Assembly (NCBI GenBank): GCA_951406725.2
Contig: OX597838.1
Location: 5,456,001-5,520,000 of the forward strand
Length of the DNA stretch: 64,000 nt
Direction: 5' to 3'
From: Octopus vulgaris
Lineage: Eukaryota
The notes below the pieces were generated by a model. That model searched no databases and had not been told where the DNA came from. It was given only the letters and a program-made list of their open reading frames with translations. Positions within the stretch are counted from its first letter, which is position 1. Each line of letters opens with the position of its first letter. Below are positions 56,851 through 64,000 of the stretch, piece by piece. A program made the translations under genes and the position numbers.

Positions 56851-58519
56851 ACATGTTTGTGGAGTGCTCAGCCACTTGCACGTTAATTTCATGAGCAGGC
56901 TGTACTGTTGACCAGATTAACTGGAATCGTCAGTGGAGTGCGAACTATTTTGTTATGATCAGTTTGCTTCATTAGAGCTGATCTGAAGTGACAATATGTA
57001 ATTCTGTTGTACGGAATAATTTCGTTTCATGCATATGAAATAGTATATTAATAGTATATTAGAAATAGTATATTAATTTCAAGAATAATTTTCAAGGGAT
57101 TCAAACTTCAGACCGATGAACAACCGACAAAATGTGCATCAAATACAAACTTCTAACAATAAAGTTCGCTTGTTTTGCAGCTGATCAGAATTATATGGCA
57201 TTCTTCCTTTTATGATTCATGCAACCGGAATATGAACCGGAATAAATATTCTGCGAAAATTTTTTTGCCCAGTGGAACTTCTACGTTTAGGTTAATATTT
57301 ACTCCATTAATATTTTACTGCCATATATTATCCACGGAAGCTGAAGTGCTTCTATGGCTTTGGTAGCAATAAAATTGTGTGCAACTTGTACGATCTTTCG
57401 TAGTAGGCGAACGTCATTTGCAAAGGACAAGGCTTCTGGGGCAGTAAAAATATATGCATTTAGGGGAGTTAATATCTTTCTCAATGTAAATTCATGCTTT
57501 TATAATATAACGGTTTCAAGTCGTTTCCTCCTGAAATGAATATTCTATAGTTAGAAACTACTGACGCACCTGCAATGCGCAAATGTTGGGTAATGTCCAA
57601 AATAATTCGATCACAAATGCTAATGCAATAACGGGGCTCCCCCAAGGAATCCTTGGGTAGCGTTATTAGAAAGGCTGCATAGTTTGGGAATCAGGGATTT
57701 TGTCCAAGTCGAGTCACTATTCCTCCACATTAATAACTCACATGTCTAGTATTATAGGTAAATGATAAGCATATCGCAGAAAAATAATCGCAATACAGGG
57801 TGCTCAAGCTGAGACATTCGGCAGGAGACCTAGGGGTATATATATGTATAACTATATATATATATATATATATATACAAACTTTAGAGGACTGACCACTA
57901 AAAGTGGCCAGCCTGTATGCTAGATATAGAAGTCGAAATCGTCCTCTAACTTTTGTATGTAAAAAATTTTTAATCTTCGGATTTTTAAAAGAAATATGCT
58001 AGCCCACTGGTTTTAATTGATTAATATCAATTTCTACCCTTATTTAATTTTATGCACCCCCCACACACATATATATATATATACATATGTATATGTATAG
58101 GTTAGGGTGCTACACTCATGATCACGAAATCAAGGTTTCATTTCTTAGACCGAGTGGTGCATTTTGTCCATGAAAAAAATCGCTTTATTTCCCTTTACTC
58201 GACGATCATTTGGACACTTGAGGCGTGGTACAGTCTACACCTGTTCAGACAGCGTGGATTTTGAAGGTAAGATTGAGACAATGTGCAGCTTGAACCATGA
58301 ACATTTTTATCACTATAAACAAAATCATTTGTGCCGGTCGTACAGCGGAATCTAAAAGCTAAATGCGTATATATGTGTATGCGCGTCTGTGTGTGGTGTT
58401 TGCGTGTGTGTGTGTAAAAGTAATCATACATCATAGATATCTCTTCTAGATGTATGTACTTGCCCTCCGTCCACATCGCCTACTTCAACCACAAAAAAAC
58501 AGACGCTACTACTATTACA

Positions 58520-58599
<80 letters not shown>

Positions 58600-58601
58600 G
58601 C

Positions 58602-58645
<44 letters not shown>

Positions 58646-58869
58646 TAATAATATTTGTTAGTTATTTATGTTAATGTCAAGATGTCTCCCGTAAAGTATC
58701 TACGATCTAGTAGTCTTCATAAAGCAAAATTTAGTATTTGAGAGATTTCTGAGCGGTCTTGTTTATTCATACACGGACATACGCACACACACATATAAAG
58801 GACAATAGATATACATATATAATACAGACATACATATATGCATATATATAATACAGACATACATGTGTA

Positions 58870-58919
<50 letters not shown>

Positions 58920-59168
58920 CATACATGATTGGTTCAATACATTATAGAATCTAATGAGAAAACGCCGTACATAAAAAAATATATATGTGTGTGTGTGTGT
59001 GATATTGTAAACGTCTGAATAAGATCCATTGGAGGAACACGAAGGGGAAAAGTGTTTGTCAATGGATTTATTTCAGAAATGAATAATCATAAGAATGCTA
59101 GATTCAAATGAAAGAGGTTTCTTGTTTTCTGACATTTATAGCCATAAACAAACCTATATTTTAAACCC

Positions 59169-59304
<136 letters not shown>

Positions 59305-59554
59305 TATATTTATGTACGTATGTATGTGTTTGTGTATGTATGTAATTATATATATGTTACACACACACATATAATTACATTACATGTATTTATACGTATA
59401 TATATCTATACATATGTATATATATGTATATATGTATGTACATATATATATATATATGTGTGTGTTTGTCTGTGTGTGAATGAAAATATATGCATGAATA
59501 CATTGTATACATATTTCCTTTACATTTAATTCTACATAATTTGTACTTCAGTTA

Positions 59555-59602
<48 letters not shown>

Positions 59603-59716
59603 CATATATATATACATATGTATATACATATATATATATATACATATGTATGTATATATATCTATGTATATATATATATATATATGTATATATATGTATA
59701 TATATATATATGCATA

Positions 59717-59778
<62 letters not shown>

Positions 59779-60392
59779 CCAGGTGGTACTATTAAGTTAG
59801 ACATGACCTGAGCCAATAATGGCCGAAACCTATCAAAGTATCAAAGTACATACATACATATATATGTATATCTACTTATACACGTTTATGCATTAATGTA
59901 CGTACGTATTGTTAAGAGTAAAAGTGCACGCAGATGTGTCAGAAACAGGTGCCAACATCTCTCCATTTATCGCCTTTTCCTTGATAACGTGTTAATTTTT
60001 CGGAAGTTTTTAATTCTAGAGATTATCTCTCCTTCTTAAACTGATCTGGTTGAAACCACCAAATATTAATCGTGTCATAACCTATTGAGACTGAGCTAAT
60101 TTTCGTAAAAATTACCGTTGTGGTTTCACTCGAACTTTTGCATCGTAATTTCCTTGTGCAGTTTTATACGTGACACTAGCGGCTTATGAGGAGAGCAATT
60201 TATGGCTTCATGTTACGCACATAATAAGATTAATTGCTCTGCATGTCAAAACAAGTAATACTTCTAGTTTACTGTTCTAACGAAAACTATACTCGAAATT
60301 TCCTGGAGAAAGTCAAAATTTATGTGATACACTAAACGCAATATAATCAGATATATATATATATTTAGTTTTACTTTCACGGTATCCTCAAT

Positions 60393-60435
<43 letters not shown>

Positions 60436-60499
60436 ATTTTATGAGTGAACGCCCTGCATCCTTTTCCAAGTAAGTTTTATCTTAATAACTCAAGTGATT

Positions 60500-60964
60500 A
60501 TGGACTAAACTGAAATGTAACTAATCTGTACACCCTCTGATTACTCACGGATGGTGATTCGGCGCTTTCCGCACTCATTTGCACGCGCATCTGCGCAGTC
60601 TTTCTCAGTTCTGCTGGTTGCAGTTCTCCCAGAATGTTCGTCTGCATCGATATTTTTTTCGGTAATATTTGAAACCGCTGAACCATTCGTACACTGGTGT
60701 GCGATTCATACACTCATCCTCATACACTTTCTGCAACTTTGCGCAGGCCTTTTTAGAAGGTATCGCCATGACAACTTCCTCTGACATTTTCCCTGCTCGC
60801 ATCATACACCACCTACCATCCTTCCAAGCGGAAGTGAGTTAATACGCTAAAACTTTATGCACATAGCAGAGTTCAAGCTCAACCTTTACCAAACGGGTTT
60901 ACTGTGCGTGATTTAGCTTCGTTACTATGGCAATCTCCTAGATACTTATTCATAAGACTTCGTA
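60500..60964 (-). mobile_element. Mariner transposon 5' remnant (HTH region, disrupted)
   Basis: KLQKVYEDECMNRTPVYEWFSGFK matches the mariner HTH; TIR-like end TACGAAGTCTTATGAATAAGT on the minus strand. Confidence 0.75.
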
Positions 60965-61329
60965 CACACACACATACATGGTAGTTGTAAAATCTAAAGA
61001 AGAGATCAGAGTAGTAACTATACAAATAAATAAAGTTAATCGTCACATCAAAACAGCTGTTCTAAGTTTCTATGAGATGAACCCCATGTAGATCTTCCGC
61101 ATAAGCAGCTGATAGAAGATCTGCCTGGAGTTAAACTAGTAGTAACACCCACTTTGATGTGGTGATTTACATTACACGTTGTATAAACATATATATATAT
61201 ATTAATAAAAGGAATGCCAACCTTGTCTGATTTTCACGTTTTATTTACAATCTTATAATGATATAATATAAGATAATAAAATAAAATAAAATAAAATAAA
61301 ATAATAGAATGTTAAATGTTCATTCTGAT

Positions 61330-61374
61330 TGAACTAGTACTTTCATGCATTAAATTCTGCAATCTTCAGGTTCA
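61330..61374 (-). ncRNA. Minimal type I hammerhead motif with canonical core
   Basis: Minus strand reads UGAAC-CUGAAGA-U-UGCA-GAAUUUAA-UGCA-U-GAAA-GUAC-UA^GUUCA. Confidence 0.7.
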
Positions 61375-61502
61375 TGTAGTAGTGGTGACAGTCATGCTTC
61401 ACAATTTTTGACTGTAGTGAGATGATTGAATCTGTGCTTTAAATACAGCTGTGTGGGCTCCAGATTGCTAGGTTTTGTAAACTGTAGTCTGTATTCTGCA
61501 AA

Positions 61503-61540
<38 letters not shown>

Positions 61541-61544
<4 letters not shown>

Positions 61545-61877
61545 GTTTAACAATTTCATTTTTGAGTGTATCACAACCCTATCATCATTTTCTTACTCTA
61601 CGCACTGACATGTCAGATGTATATTTACAAAAAAAAAAAAAAAAACTAAATATTTTACCAAAAAACGGATGAACATTCGAAGTGACATTGGAAATAGTTG
61701 CATACATGTTTAATAAACCTACTCCAAGAATAACATCTCCCTCTCTCTTTCTATTTCTCTCTATATATTTATCTATCTATCTATGTTTCTCTTAAAATGT
61801 CTATTTATCTATCTATATGTGTATATAAAATGTGTATATGTTCCGTTGTCCCCATCTGTGTATATAAATGTTCATAT

Positions 61878-61956
<79 letters not shown>

Positions 61957-62243
61957 TTTATACGTATATGCACATTGACTTTCAGTGATCTACCTTGGTA
62001 TTAACAGAAATGATTCTGACGATACTAGCATTAGCTTTGTAGGTCGTTTTTTTTTCAACGAAACAGTAGAGCGATTGATTAAAAGTGTACATAACACACC
62101 TATGCCCTCTACTGGAGACACCTGTAATGTAAATTTCTAGCAATAAAGGAAAATACATAATCATCATTACATATACCTTTGTCTTGTGATTGTGTGTGTG
62201 TGTATATATACACACACATAACTTTACTCGTTATCTACACAAT

Positions 62244-62303
<60 letters not shown>

Positions 62304-62636
62304 GAACATTTATATACACAGATGGGGACAACGGAACATATACACATTTTATATACACATATAGATAGATAAATAGACATTTTAAGAGAAACATAGATAG
62401 ATAGATAAATATATAGAGAGAAATAGAAAGAGAGAGGGAGATGTTATTCTTGGAGTAGATTTATTAAACATGTATGCAACTATTTCCAATGTCACTTCGA
62501 ATGTTCATCCGTTTTTGGGGAAAATATTTAGTTTTCTTTTTTTTTTTTGTAAATATACATCTGACATGTCAGTGCGTAGAGTAAGAAAATGATGATAGGG
62601 TTGTGATACACTCAAAAATGAAATTGTTAATCATTT
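61541..62636. repeat. Large inverted repeat: ~400-bp arms (61541-~61952, ~62249-62636) with a ~300-bp spacer
   Basis: The arms are reverse complements with only a few differences; their inner ends are (TA)n. Confidence 0.93.
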
Positions 62637-63222
62637 TACTTTTGCACGTAACACAGTACAACAAAACTATGTTAGTCCAACATCTCAAAAACAACCACAA
62701 ATAAAATATAAACAAAAAATACAATACATATATATATATACATATATATATAGGTATATATATATATATATACGTGTATATATATATGCATATATATATG
62801 TATATATATGTATATATACGTATATATATACATATATATATGTGTATATATATATATGTATATATATACATATATATATATATACATAGAAAGAGAGAGA
62901 GAGAGAGAAGGAGAAGGAGCGATAGAAAGATATACATACTATTTATGTACATATCGCTCTACAGAGAACATTGTTGTTTATGTAAAAAACCGCCAGGGGA
63001 AATATTAAATTATCAACGAAACGAAATACTTTAGCGATTTAGTGTTTTACTGTTTTATGTATCAAACAAAAACAAAAAAACTATTGATGGGATAAAGGAC
63101 AAAATATATATTTTGACTTGCAAGAAAATATTATTGCTTTATAGTCTATGCCTCAATGCGACGTGTGTATGTACCTTTACAAACTCATATGCGTATATAT
63201 GAACGTGTGTGTATATACTTAC

Positions 63223-63274
<52 letters not shown>

Positions 63275-63387
63275 AAATACATACATAGATACATTTATAT
63301 ATATATATATGCTTATATATATATATAATATATCTATATCTATCTATATATCTATCTATGTATATACATACATATATATATATGTAT

Positions 63388-63454
<67 letters not shown>

Positions 63455-63705
63455 TATGCATGTATGTATGTGTGTATCATCTGTACTGATATATTTATAC
63501 TTATACACACAAACACGTGTGTATGCGTGTGATTGTGTGTATACAAAGAGATACAATACCAAAGAGGAATTGGCAATAAAAAATATATTTAAGAACCAGA
63601 CAAAGGCAGAAACGATGAAATTACTTACAGATATATAAAGTAAGTAAAATATAGGGAGATATATAAATAAAAATGGTGTTATATCGATAGTACGTTAAAT
63701 ACACC

Positions 63706-63752
<47 letters not shown>

Positions 63753-63780
63753 GCACATACTCATACACACACACCTATAA

Positions 63781-63835
<55 letters not shown>

Positions 63836-64000
63836 CTTCCTTTTAAACATTCAATACTGAGTTCCAAACTACTGCAGTGGTGGAGCATGCAGAAGAACTA
63901 AATACCTAAATCGGATTTTATCTTAAGTTTCCAATATATATATATTTATCCTTTGGAAATCTACTAATGATTCTGTGTTACTGGGATGTAAACACTCCAA

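Noticed and set aside
57628-57705. ITGLPQGILG peptide / CCCAAGGA-A-TCCTTGGG hairpin, resembling an RT motif or an R4/Dong C-terminus
   Set aside because: Too short and disrupted to assign without a database search.

Overview
This is AT-rich, microsatellite-saturated eukaryotic DNA, very likely an octopus (cephalopod) genome judging by its tRNA-derived SINE families. Only one protein-coding gene is supported: a ZC3H7-like CCCH zinc-finger gene on the + strand. The inferred model is exons 1314-1350, 2036-3647 and 4241-4259, giving about 553 aa. The rest is intergenic or intronic. It holds (TA)n, (CA)n, (TATC)n, (TATG)n and triplet microsatellites, four SINE families (several with target-site duplications), a non-autonomous Helitron, mariner MITEs/fragments and LINE remnants. 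Nearly all other ORFs in the track are microsatellite or SINE artefacts. The most interesting signal is a set of at least 8 short elements lying in or next to (TA)n tracts. They carry type I hammerhead ribozyme motifs (CUGANGA or a CCGANGA variant, stem II, GAAA, short helix III, cleavage triplet, paired stem I), often in inverted-repeat arrangements, consistent with Penelope-like element ends or retrozymes. Also notable: a Helitron flanked by a 68-bp duplication, SINE concatemers with a recurrent junction, a near-identical inverted SINE pair and a ~1.1 kb fold-back palindrome. All family assignments come from motif recognition by eye, not database searches.
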